Part shown: in pieces, positions 40,554-59,798 of the stretch
Position numbering within the stretch: the first letter of the stretch is position 1
Layout of the letters: the number at the start of each line of letters is the position of its first letter
Assembly: GCA_051294375.1 (NCBI GenBank)
Contig: CM119269.1
Span: 21,437,665 to 21,501,664, forward strand
From: Paraspadella gotoi
Lineage: Eukaryota; Animalia; Chaetognatha
Reading direction: 5' to 3'
Length of the DNA: 64,000 nt
The notes under the pieces: model-generated
Database searches by the model: none
What the model saw: only the letters and a program-made list of their open reading frames with translations
What the model was told of the DNA's origin: nothing
Position numbers and translations under genes: made by a program

Positions 40554-43500
40554 CTAACATTTATATTTTTAATTAAAAAAAAATAAAGAGACACTTAACT
40601 CCAGAAATCAACGACTCGGTAATGATTCAGTCAAGCTTCACCAGCTTCACCAACTTACCATGATGATTGGCTCTCGTCTTGATTGCTGCTTGACAATCGA
40701 TATCTTTCAGCAACACGATACATTTTTTCTCCTTGTAATCTTTAGTGTCGTAAGGAATTCCCCAAACTCGTTTGATGTCACCAGAGTCCTTGCATTCATC
40801 TTCAGTCAGCATTGTCGTCTCTACCTCATGATAACTCCACAATTCAACCCAAGTTTGATTGTTATCTTCACATTCGAATATGTTATTGTATCTGTTTGTA
40901 GAAATAACAAAAAAAAGAGAATGAATTAACAAAACTGCCTATAAACCTTGGGCACTTTTTTCCGAAAGCACCAAATTTAATTTTAACATAAATAACCTAT
41001 GTCCAAATTAATATCGACTAAGTTTTTTACTACTATTTTTTAAATACCAATCCTTAACCCTAATTTTTAATCTTCAATCTTCAATCAGTCAATTTAATCT
41101 TTAAGCAATACCTAACCATAGCTAATCCCCTAATCTTTACCCCTAATCCAAATCAATAATCCACAACCTAATCTTTAAACTTAAAAAAATAATATTTAAT
41201 TCTGAATAGAAGCTGAAATGGGGAGCTTTTGGAAATTATGGCCGTACTTTTCAGTCAATAAAAATCCCAGTTTCTTGTTAAATTGACTTACTCGGTGGCT
41301 TCAGCAGTTTTGATGTTGACACATTTTCCTCTTGGTTTGGAATTGGCACTTTCTCTTTTGTAATATTCGCACTCGGTAACCTTAAACAATAAATTAAAAG
41401 TTTATCTACTAAAATTTGAATTTTTAGATTCCTTACATAAAAATACTCATTTTAAAAATTGTCCTTATATTTATTAAAAATTGGATAGATAAATTGAATT
41501 TAAATTTGTGTGTGGCTGGACTGGTAATAAATTTTTGATGGAATCGTAAGGAGTGGAAACGAGTTTAAATTAGAAAACCAAAAGACGCATTTATTTGAAT
41601 TTTTAAAAATTATCTCTTTTCTCTCTGATTGATTGATTGATTGCAAATTGACCAAATTATGCCAGTTGATAAAATTATGCCAGTTGACCAAATTATCCCG
41701 GTTAACCAAATTATGCCAGTTGAGCAAATTATGCCAGTTGAGCTAATTGTCAGATGACCAAATTAGGTCAGTTGACCTAATTATGTCAGTTGACCAATTT
41801 CAGCAAGTTCTCCAAATTATGCCAGTTGAGCAAATTATGTCAGTTGACCAAAATTACGTTAATTGACAAATTATGACAGTTGTCCAAAATATGCAGTTGA
41901 CCAAATTATGCAAAATTAGCAAATTATACAAAATTATCAAATTATGCAAGTTGGTATTGGCGAGGTCACTGGTAATGATTGATAGATCATTTGATTTATA
42001 GATTTTTTCATAGATTTAATAAGAAGTCGGTTATGATTTGTTATGTTACGATGTGTTGTGATCTGTTAAGATCACAAATTAAAAGTCAGAAAAAATTTCC
42101 GTGATTTATTATCGGATTAGCTTATTACCGCTTAATTATCGTAGGCAGATCCGATATTGTTTGCTCAAACTTGTTTCTTTGTACATCCGGCTTATATCAT
42201 CATTTATATTAGGCCAGGTTTACTTAAGATATATATATATTGAGAGGCAAAGTTTGAAAATTAAATTTTCAGTTTAGCAAAATTCATTGACGACTGCAAT
42301 ACCACTTACGTCGCTGGTCAGAACGACAATGTCTTTCCAAGGCGTCGGATGCCAATAGGGAAAGTAATCTCTCTCCTCTGGACACTCGAATCCGCGTTTA
42401 GTTCCCTGTCGATTCTGTCGAGTGTAGATGGCGCTGTCTCCCTGAAGCCTTTGATCCGCTGAGAAATAGGATTAAATTATCTGCGTGAATGGCCACCAAA
42501 AAAAGAACTAAACCCACAAAGAAAAACGACTTACCCAAAAACTACTTACCCAAAAACGACTTGCCCAAAAACGACTTGCCCAAAAACTACTTACCCAAAA
42601 ACGACTTACCCAAATAAAGGCCACGATTGCGATTTCTGGTTTTGCATTCCCCGTAATACTCGCGACTTTCGTGCAATCCTTTGTCCTTGTTTGCTTTGTC
42701 GTCATTGGCCCTGGAATTTGTCAGTAAGAGATTTCGCAATTTAGTGCCATCCTACTATCCTTTCTGTCACTTTAACTATAGGAATTAACTAAATCGATTC
42801 GACTTGAAATAATTTACTACTATATGCAAATGAGATTGATGAATACAATCACATTTCGTATTAATTTAAGTTATTTTAAGTATTGATGAATACAATCTCA
42901 TTTAGTATCATTTTAAGTATCTATCACTTACATAACCACTTTTAAAGATTAATTATAAATATATTAACTAAAAAAAAAAATCCGGTTTTTACTTGTTATT
43001 CGAAAACTGCAGGTTTCCACTTTTGATTCCGTTTTTGATCTTCGTTTTGTTCTCAGAATTCATGTACTGAATGACGACATTGCAATTGAGTTTATTGGGA
43101 TTATCGGCCTCATTGGTGCCGCATCCGTGTTGGTGGGTCCATTGGATGAGGAGTTCCGTCGCCTCTTTTGGATCCGCGCCGCTTTGGAAGTAGAGCATCT
43201 GAAGGAAGTGGAGAGAAGATGGAGAATTTAATCAATTAATTGTATTTATAACAAACGTAGAACATGTGACAAATTAGTTCATTAATTTGGTCAAGTTTTT
43301 TTTCTCATAGTTTAACTCAAACCTTTTGTGAGTTAATTTTAAAAACCATCTTGTTTTAATAACACTAATATTCAGTACAGTACCGATTGTACTGCCGATA
43401 CTTTTCCATTTCATTCTCATCATAGATTGTTTCAAAACTTACTTTATACCTTTTTTGGTTTTTTGAAGGCTTTTACGATTTATTCTCTCACTACGTACCG

Positions 43501-44534
43501 TTCATTTGAGTTTGATTATCTTATATTCTATTGTTTTATAATAATTTTCATTTCAATTTTTAATGACTCACCCTGTACTGGTCATCCTCTGTTTTTGCCG
43601 CCTCGGGTCCCTTGTCCCCTACATTGTGTCCTCCTCTGTTGTTGTTTTGAGAATCGAAAAGTCGATTTGCATTCGATCGTTGAGCTGATTTTTCGTTGAG
43701 CCTACGTTGGTGATAATTAAAATATTGTTTATTAATAATTATCTTTTTTTAAATTTTAGGGTTTAAATACAATTTTTTTGGTATACAGAAAGTCTATTTT
43801 TCAAAGTAAAATATAAATTCCAGTCAACTTTAATACCTAAACGTAAAATTTAGAATCGTTTTAAGTTGTGCCTCGAGTCACTTTTCGGTCGGTCGGTCTG
43901 TTTGTCCGTCAGTCTGTCCCACTTACGTTAAAAATGTATATGATTGGCCTATAGCTGGTTGCTTATTTGTTAAGACAAAAAACCTCAAAACTCAGTGACT
44001 GATAGGAAATCATAAAACTATTAAAGAATAAAAGACGGAATTTTGATGCAGTGCATGTCATAAATACACGGGCTAAGAAAGTTTTTTAGTAATGTTATAA
44101 TATGTCATGTCATGTCATATCATGTGATCAAAAGAAAATATATATGAAAATAAAGTCACTGCGGTGCAACACATTGGAATTACCGCTCTTGTTTTAAACA
44201 TATATAAATTGAAAAAAGAGAATTTAGAATTATTTTGACAACGGAATTTTTTTTTACAATAAAAACACAGAGAGGGAGAAAGAACTAGTCGAAACATGTC
44301 CGTGTTTTTATTGTAAAAAAGAAAATCATTTTGCCAAAATTCTCGTTATTCAAAAGTAACGAAATCGAAAGAATACGTTACAACATATAAATTAAGTATG
44401 CATTGAAATTTGTAATTTATTCGTTGAAAATGATCAAGCTACCGATTGTTTGATCCTCTTGGATTGTGCATGTAGATGTCGCTCATCACTGACCCGATCA
44501 ACGATAACATCAAAAGAAACTGTTTAGTTTCCAT
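32603..44534 (-). CDS. Secreted DD3-3-family protein with one inserted C-type lectin domain and two inserted PAN/apple-like domains (913 aa, 17 exons)
   Basis: Exons 44534-44443, 43701-43572, 43198-42993, 42710-42610, 42458-42310, 41380-41292, 40891-40659, 40437-40284, 39094-38748, 37903-37808, 37088-36864, 35127-35017, 34392-34183, 33951-33792, 33692-33649, 33434-33318 and 32880-32603; all GT-AG, phase-consistent, 2742 nt. Signal peptide followed by DD3-3 motifs [110 protein letters not shown] and [16 protein letters not shown]. Confidence 0.9.
34560..34790 (+). mobile_element. tRNA-derived SINE-like element (minus-strand fragments at ~16100-16260 and ~18048-18241; 3' part at 55549-55650)
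   Basis: A-box-like GGTGGCTCATTGAGT and B-box-like GGGTTCTTATCCC; the tail CCCTCAAGCC...CCCACTTAGCGCCTTATCCAC is shared with 55549-55650. Confidence 0.55.
35185..35785. mobile_element. TA-flanked MITE, same family as 7725-8285
   Basis: Termini TAAGGCGGGCCAAAATTT ... GTAACCTGTTCCGCCTTA. Confidence 0.7.
35819..36401. mobile_element. MITE with TIR TAAGGCGTAGTAAAA
   Basis: TAAGGCGTAGTAAAA ... TTTTACTACGCCTTA, with further imperfect internal inverted symmetry (GCAGTAGGC / GCCTACTGC). Confidence 0.7.
37155..37667 (-). mobile_element. Short DINE-1/HINE-like copy in a DD3-3 intron
   Basis: AACAAGTTTGAGCAAACAAAGTCGGATCTGC ... GGACGAACAGACGGAC ... TATAGAGTCTGGATCTGCTACTAAAAA. Confidence 0.7.
39095..39995. 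repeat. Purine-rich minisatellite (~45-bp unit GTTATTGGC(A/G)AGAGAAGAGG...) plus G-runs, in DD3-3 intron 8
   Basis: Direct inspection; the repeat explains the spurious low-complexity ORFs here. Confidence 0.85.
41470..42175 (+). mobile_element. 5'-truncated DINE-1/HINE-like copy
   Basis: 18-bp AAATTATGCCAGTTGACC array and 3' end GCAGATCCGATATTGTTTGCTCAAACTTGTT. Confidence 0.7.
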
Positions 44535-45255
44535 TGTTTGTTTTTTTTTTGTTCCAGATTGAGATAATTTCTAGTTTTTAAAAACAATTAATCAATAGGT
44601 TAATGAATTGATATTTATTCAAAAATATAAAAATTTAATAAAACTTTTACGCAATAACTTTTTTCAGTTTGCGAAATATTTGCGTAAGACAATTAAAGGG
44701 AAGTTCCCAGACTGGACAAAAAAAGCCTTTTTTTTTCAAAATTAATAATCGCCTTAAATCTGTGTTTGTTTGCGATAGAATATTCCTGAGGGACACATTT
44801 GGCCAGACAGATGACAGTGAAGATCGAAGCCGAGTTTTTCTTTGGAATTACAAAATTACAAAACATGGCAACATTAAAAAATTTAAAATATGTTCAATAA
44901 GATGCAAATCGAAAACAATTCTTAAAAAAAAAAAAAAAAAAAACTCTCGCGGAAAAATCGTTCCGGCTTTTTCGTTCCTTCCTTTTTATACCTGGATCTT
45001 CATTTACGTAATCTCTCTCCTCTCTCTCTTCTCTCTCTCTTCTCTCTCTCTCTCTCTTCTCATCTCTCTCTCTCCATCTCTCCTCTCATCTCTCTCTCGC
45101 TGAAGGTGTGTCTTGACTTGTTCCTTCTTCCTTAGCGATTGACTAAAGACTGAATAGCCTTTTCATCTTTTTTACCTATCCTGTTTTTTTGTTTTTGTGG
45201 TCTTTATTATCAACTTCATACTTTCTCAAATTAATTAATACAAAGTAATCGTTTT

Positions 45256-45257
<2 letters not shown>

Positions 45258-45344
<87 letters not shown>

Positions 45345-45420
45345 GTTTTCTCTTTTGTCCTATTATACGGTTTTCTCTCTCTCTCTCTCACTCTCTCTCT
45401 CTCTCACTCTCCCTTTCTCT
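45258..45420. repeat. (CT)n microsatellite
   Basis: Direct inspection. Confidence 0.9.
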
Positions 45421-46659
45421 CTTTAAATCAAAACCTGAAAGTTGCATTCAGACATCGATCACCCTGTAACAATCTCGTGATGACGGATTCGCCGAATGAC
45501 GATTCATAAAAATCAAGATTTTTCGTTACGTAACGTCCAATGGGTAGAACGGATATTATATCATTCAATATGATTTCATTTACAAAAACCGAAATTACCC
45601 CACTAGGTTTAATAAACTTAAATATTTAAATTTAAAAAAAAAAGGTAAATAAAGTTAGACCGTAACCATTTGGCTTACTACTAGATTTTAAGAAAATAGT
45701 ATTTATTATTAATTGTTCAATAATGATAAAATTATACTGGCACTATTTTTAAAAGCAGCCAATTTAAATCCCTGCAGTTAATTTTAATCATTAACCTTTA
45801 CCTGATCTTTAATCTCAAAATATTATTCGTTTTTCAATTAAAGAAGAAATGGGGCTCTTTTGGTAAATATGGCCAAAACTGTAATCCCGATAAAAACCTT
45901 ATCACAAAGGTATTGAAGAGCGAAAGACTGCCGCGACAGAAAAGCTAAAAAATTAGGAAATTGGTCACGGTTATGAAAATCTAGAGTAGGCCACTGATGA
46001 GACGGTTTAGTGGAACAGAGTTGATCAAACCTGTTTATCAATAATCCAAGATGGTCGTTTGGCTCCTCGCTCTGAGTCAATGGCTAATTTAAATTTTTAT
46101 GGATAATGATTAGGGTATCTTTTCTACTGATGTCAATCGGGAAAAAGAAGAAAAGAGAAGAGAAGAAAAGAAAGGAAAAAAGAGAAAAGAAGAGAAAGAA
46201 TGAATCTTAACTTTGTTTTAATTCGTTTAAAATTAAACCTCGTTTCAAAACAGGTAATATACACTACAACCAGATTTTTAAGTTGTTCTTACGTAAGATT
46301 ATCTACGATAATCAAAAACGCAAAATGTCATTTCTTGTTCTGTGGGAATATTTGGATGGGGTTGATTAAACAAGCGAATATCCTTTTAGATAAACACAAG
46401 AAAACCAGTTTTGTTCAAATTAATTGCAATTTCAATCGAGAAAATCCTTTGTCAAAGCTTTGTAAAGATTTGTAAAAGATTTACAAAGGGGGGAGACAAT
46501 TATCAAAAAAGTTATTATTTGAGGATATGTCAGGCTATGAGATGTTTTTTAACATGTTCTGCCGATTGAAAGTAATCTCTTGATTTTTTGAGAAGTTCCC
46601 AAATAAAAAAGTAAACTTTAAATTCTCAAAGATGATTTTAAATATTTGCTAGGAAAGAT

Positions 46660-46850
46660 TTGAAATGATTTTAAATGATTTAAATGAATTAAAAGATTTT
46701 AAATGATTTTAAATGAATTAAAAGATTTTAAATGATTTTAAATGATTTTAAATGAAATAAAAAAATTTAAATGATTTTAAATGAATTAAAAGATTTTAAA
46801 TGATTTTAAATAAATTAAATTATTTTAAATGATTTTAAGTGATTTTAAAT
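46660..46850. repeat. ~10-bp tandem repeat (AAATGATTTT)n
   Basis: Direct inspection. Confidence 0.85.
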
Positions 46851-47059
46851 ATTGAACATTTAGTTAGATTTAAAAAAAGTTTTAATCATATTTCAAATTT
46901 TATTTTCCTAAATAAATAAATTACGCTATTTATTTTCCATTTTTTTATTTCATTACAATTTAATTACAAAAAAAGAAACGATCATTAAAATATGAAACAT
47001 TGTTTAAAAAGGCTTACATTTAAACTGAGCCTTATAAAGAGTAGAAAGAATCAATCGAT

Positions 47060-47501
47060 CAATCAGTTCGTTTTCTCTCTCTTTGACCTCGAGTCTTTTG
47101 ACTCTTTGGACTCCGATTGGTGAAGGCGTCGTTCCTCTTTGTTTGAAACGAAGCAGAAATCCTTGGAAACTCGCGGGCGAATTGTTGAGGAGGTCGTCCA
47201 TCTCGACGGTGGGCGTGGAGGCCGAGGTGGCGTTGGGATAGAAACTGTTGGGGGGAGTGGGGGAGGAAAGAAAAGGAGAGGAAAGGAGAGGAAAGGAAAG
47301 GAACGGAAAGGAAGGAAAGGAAAGGAAAGGAAAGGCAGAGAAGTAAATGGAAAGAAAAAAGAGAGGGAAGAAGTAAGGAAAGAAAGGAAGGGAAAGGAGT
47401 GGAATAGAAAGAAAAGGAAAAGGAAAGGAAAGGAAAGGAAAGGAAAGGAAAGGAGAGGGAAGGAAAAAGAAAGAAAGAAAAAAAGAAAGAAAGAAATAAA
47501 A

Positions 47502-47581
<80 letters not shown>

Positions 47582-48397
47582 AAAAAACTAGCAAAAAAAC
47601 AAAAAAAGTGCACCATAAAAGGTTTTTTTTTTGTTTATCAATGTAAACTTAAATTAATCGCAACAATATCAAAAATTTTACCAGATTTCCCCGCTGTCGT
47701 CATGGAAACGGCCACGTCTTCCCCGACTCGGCGATGCTTCCTTCCGGTTGCCACAAAATCTTAACGTTGTCGTCGAAAAGAGTTTTCGAAAGGCGTCGGG
47801 AAATTTTCAATGAGAGAAAGGATTTGAAGGAGGTTGTGAAGATCCGTTCTTGGAGTGATGGGTGATATGTGATCAGGAAGAGTGATACGTGATAGGAAAA
47901 TCTGGATTTTGGCGATTTGTGATATGGAATTGGTTGATAGGTGATAGGGAAGCGAATTATACTTTCTTATTTCAACTTTTTGCAACGAAGCCAAATCCAA
48001 TCTTAAAATTTAAAAATTTGCATTTTGAAATTTTAGCTTATTATATACTTATTACTATATATAAATAAAGCTTACTGGTGCCCACTAATGTATAAAATTA
48101 AAAAATAAATTTACCAAAGTATTTTTATTGGTTTTTATTTTTATGTTTTATATGCTAAATTTTAATTTTCTTAAATTTTATCATTTTCCCATCACTCTAG
48201 TATATATATTTATACAATATGCTTTGTTAATTTAACAAGATCGATGAATGATGATGAAGATTTAGATGATGATGATCATTAGAATCGCAACATTTGATTA
48301 CCTCCACAATCCGAGAGGATCCTCTCGGATTGTGAAGGTAAACGTCACCGATTGCAATGACGACGCAAGAAAGCAGAACCATCAGGGTCATTGTCAT
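47060..48397 (-). pseudogene. Truncated DD3-3 paralog (first exon plus remnants of the last exons)
   Basis: 48397-48302 reads MTMTLMVLLSCVVIAIG-DVYLHNPRGS. 47848-~47682 reads TDLHNLLQI..ENFP..FDDNVKILW..EDVAVSMTTAG with two frameshifts. 47244 onward reads FYPNATSASTPTVEMDDLLNNSPASFQG, then, frameshifted, RNDAFTNRS. Confidence 0.8.
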
Positions 48398-50997
48398 CGC
48401 TGTCCTCGTCTTGGTATTGCGAATTGAGAATAAAGCGACTTGAAATCTTAAAAAAATTTTATGAAAAAATTTATATAACGAAAGAACAAAATTTTTATTA
48501 CATAAAAAAGCTAGCCAATACTAAACTCAGCTGTTAGCAAGGGTATTCTTTGGAAAATGAAAATTTTTGAAACTACATTAAAGTTGTTTGGTCCTTAACT
48601 TTTATTCAAAAGGAGTTTTGCATACATCTTAAGATTATACTTTTTTTATGCAAGTTTTAATCTCAGGAGGATTTTTAAGCCTCTTTTATCCCTGAAGCAA
48701 ATACACGGTATCGAGTAAAAGTCGACTTGGAAATATTTTTTTAAAAGCACTAAAGAGAAGCGGGAACTTATCTTAGTACAATTAAGTGTAATATATACAT
48801 TGATTGTCATTGGTAGTGCAACGAACATTTTTGAAGTATATTTTCTGAAACTATAAAAGTGTTTGTATCTTTAAAAAAAGTAGCGCTCGTCAATTATTAT
48901 ATGATAAAGTTTGTGCCATCTCTCTCTCTCTCTCTCTCTTTCTCTTGTAACTTGTAATATCCGTAAGTCAAAATTTCAGCAAAACCTACTTTTTAATCAA
49001 TTTCTCTAAATAAACTTCAAGATTGCGACCCGATTCTTATCAAAACTCGTTTTTGCTCCTCATCATCGTAACAAAGAAATCCCTGATAAAAATCATTGTC
49101 ATCCGAGATTTGGACGGGGTCCGTTTACGTTACGAGGTTTACGTAACGTGGATTACGAAAAGTCTCGAGCAACCGGTTCGACAAAACGTGACTGAGGATA
49201 AAAAGAGTTAGTTTGATTACGTCTTAAGAAAGAATTAGAAACGGTATATATTTAAATATAACAAATACTGAAATACTGACATAGATTGAAAACATCATTT
49301 ACTGAAATAAAACGAGTCTGGATTGAAACCTTGCAGGGTATTTAACCCTCCGAGACAATGACCTGTCCAAAGTCGGGGGTAAGATAGCTTATTCGTTAAA
49401 TGAATGAATAATTTTGATATTGGTTGAACCGATTTTATTACATGTTGACTGTTGAATTATGCAATATATTAGTCGCCAGAAAATTGGTCCTATTTATTAA
49501 GTCTGCAACATTTACTGGGTCTTCATCTGGATTGATTCGAAAAGATATGATTAATCTTATAATTTTCATAAGTTAAAAGAGTACTTGACCTTTGTTAAAA
49601 TAAAAATTCTGCTTCTTCAAATTTTACTAACTAGTGAAAGTCAATGTTTATAATATAGAAACTATAGAATTTTGTGAATTGGTAAAACAAATTCAAGTAG
49701 TTTTCTATAAGTACAACAAAAATTTATAAATACATTTGCTCTTTGTTTTGATTAGATTGAAAGTTGTTTTGTATCACGCCAGATAGATGTCCGTGTAGTT
49801 TATAAATAAAAAACTTTGAACACGGTCGGGGACATTCTCGAATATTCCAGTCTGACTTTTTCTTTCGGCCTGAAATTTTGATCTGAGCAAAATTAGGTCA
49901 AAACGTAAGAAGAAAATTTGGTTCTAATCGAATGATTGATTCGATGATGCTTCATCCCTATTTTTAGTTGTAGGGACTGAAGAGACAGTAATTATTGATA
50001 AGTGTTAATGATAGAACCGTTCAATATAAACGTTAACAAAGATCTTTCTTAATAATACAATTATATAAAAAAATCATTAAAATAATTCAAAGTAATTAAA
50101 AAAAATTAAATCATTCAAATCAATCTAGTATATCTAATAATTATAATCAATCAAATCAAACAATCAAACAAATAATCAAAATTAATTAATCATTCAATCA
50201 ATCAACAAAGAAATTACTTAAATCCAGTTCTCTCTCCTCTTTCTCCACGTTTCATTCTCAGAAATATTAATTTATTTTGTACAAATTATTTTATCTTTAA
50301 ATATAAATTACATTTTATTTTCTTGGATGGCGCACAATCTAATTATTAACAGGATTTTCTTTGCTAAAATTTACGATTTCTAAAACGCTTTAGAGTTAAG
50401 GCTTTTCTCTCTCTCTCTCTCTCTCTCTCCCAGTTTTTTTTTCCAGGTCAATCATGACATAATTCGATATCAAAAGATTTTCCTCTTTTTTGTTTAAAAA
50501 TCCATTTCTTCGTTTGAAAACAAAAGAATAACGAATCCGTAAATCGGATTATGAATAGAAAATCACCGACTAGAGAAAGAACAATAAAGGAGAGATAAGA
50601 TAAAAAGAGAAATACTGTTAAAAGACGAAGTCCCGTTTCCCCTTAAGATGAACAATGTTTTAGAATGATCACCTTATCGTCGCCGAGAACAATTTCCAAA
50701 TTGCAGATAACAGGTAACTATTGTTTTACGAGTATGCTTGTACAATGTACAATGTACTTGCCAAAATTGTTTTAAACCTAAATAAAAGTGACCTTTACAT
50801 CGCTACCATAAAAACTAAAAGAAGTAGCTATACTTAGAAAAGTCATCATAATACGTCCACAAAAAAGTCAACGTTAGAAATGTGCTTAAGTAATGATTGA
50901 TATTGAAACAATCATAGATATCCTTGCTTGAGAATTCATTATTTAGAATAATAATTACTTTTTTTTCCATTTTTCAAGAAAGAATGCCTCAATAAAA

Positions 50998-51728
50998 ATG
51001 CCACAATATTCATCCTACTACAATTACTACTACCCCGAACTTCCGCGGGTTCCTAAAGAATGCAAACCTCAAGCCAAAGCTCAGCAGAGATGGCTCGGTT
51101 TTCAGTACGCTGTAAGTCGGCTTTCATCTAGCATGGCATGGCATGGCATGTTTTATTGTAAAAATAGTGTTACGAAATAACTATCTTTTATATTACGAGG
51201 AAATCCAGCTTCTCTACCTCTTCTCCCAATGCTCTTTTGTTCTTTTTTACTGACAGAGAAAATGCTTCCGTTCTAGTGATCACAGCGACATCCTTAGGCT
51301 CTCTCTTTTGTTTATGCCTAAGTAAAGATTTCCGAAGGCAGTGTACAGCTGATTCTGATTGGTGCCCGTGATTTCGATAGATTTCGATTTGATTCTAATC
51401 GAATTCTATCCACGTGGTATCTTCAGATCTCAAAGTTGTTACTGGGTTTTTAGTTATTTTCAGTGCATTTAAACTCTTTTATTAGATATCTCGGAATCTT
51501 ATTTTTTGTGTGATCGCTGGTTTGGTGGACTTTTCTATGAGAGAAGCATCTCTTTTTTGTTAATACTGGCTTCAGAAACAAGTAAGAAAGTCACTTTAAA
51601 CTTATATATGTTTGCTGAGTTTGTACTAAATGTTTTGTTATTCCTTGCCCAGGACTTCTAACACTCACACAACAAACACCAAAGCATCAGACATCACTGA
51701 CACCTTCGTCAAGTCCTGGGCATCGTAG
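50998..51728 (+). CDS. Possible small spliced gene (40-84 aa depending on exon use), convergent with the amylase
   Basis: Acceptor upstream, then AAAAATG start; exon 50998-51111 (MPQYSSYYNYYYPELPRVPKECKPQ...QYA|gtaagt). Compatible candidate exons at 51257-51321 and 51653-51728. Confidence 0.3.
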
Positions 51729-52528
51729 TTCGTCGTCCTTTCGGCCTTAGCCGACATCGTCCTACTGAGACTTTGTCGTCATCATCTCCAGGTCGTCATG
51801 ACCGGCGCCATCGTCTCTTTTGCGCCATTTATACCCGATTCCATCTGGTCTTGAATGCGCAGAATTAGCCTAGACAGTTAGAATTCAAAGACAGCCACTT
51901 CTCCGAACTTAGTTCAATACAAATAGGTTACAATCACCTTCACGCTTTTTTAAATTTTACACATAAATAGTATACACATATACGTATTTATTATTATTAT
52001 CTCTTTCTATCTGACAGGCCTCTATAGCGTTAACACTTTACGTTTACGCCTGCTTCATTTTGGGACTTCATTACAGGATTTGGTCCGACGTGAGGTAAGT
52101 TCACTATTTATATACCTCACTTAATTTTGACATATTGTCGCTAGCCTAGACTATGAACATCTAATAAAAATAATGCAAGATTAAAAGTAAGAGTTTGTTT
52201 TTAGTGCTGTATGGCACAGTATTTTAATGCGCTATCCTCCTCTGGTTTTTAAGACGCCAAACGCCTTTTGTTTACTATTCCATTGGGTCTCGAGAGGTCT
52301 CTTCCTATTATTTTGTTTTTCAGACACTGCATATTCGGGTAAACGTTAACGGAAACAAAATAGCAATGAAATTTGGACGACAGGAATGAAGAAGAAAATA
52401 AACAAAAAATGTTATTTAAAGTAGTTTATTATCGATAGTGTAATATAAACTATATTAGAAGTAACAAAAATAATTTTGAAGTTTATTGCAGTTTACAGTT
52501 TTTCCGCAAAATAATCCAATACGAACTT

Positions 52529-59798
<7,270 letters not shown>

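Noticed and set aside
49950-50030. Type III hammerhead suggested by TCCCTA..TAGGGA-CTGAAGA
   Set aside because: There is no stem II/GAAA box, and CTGAAGA is not conserved in the related copy near 28930.
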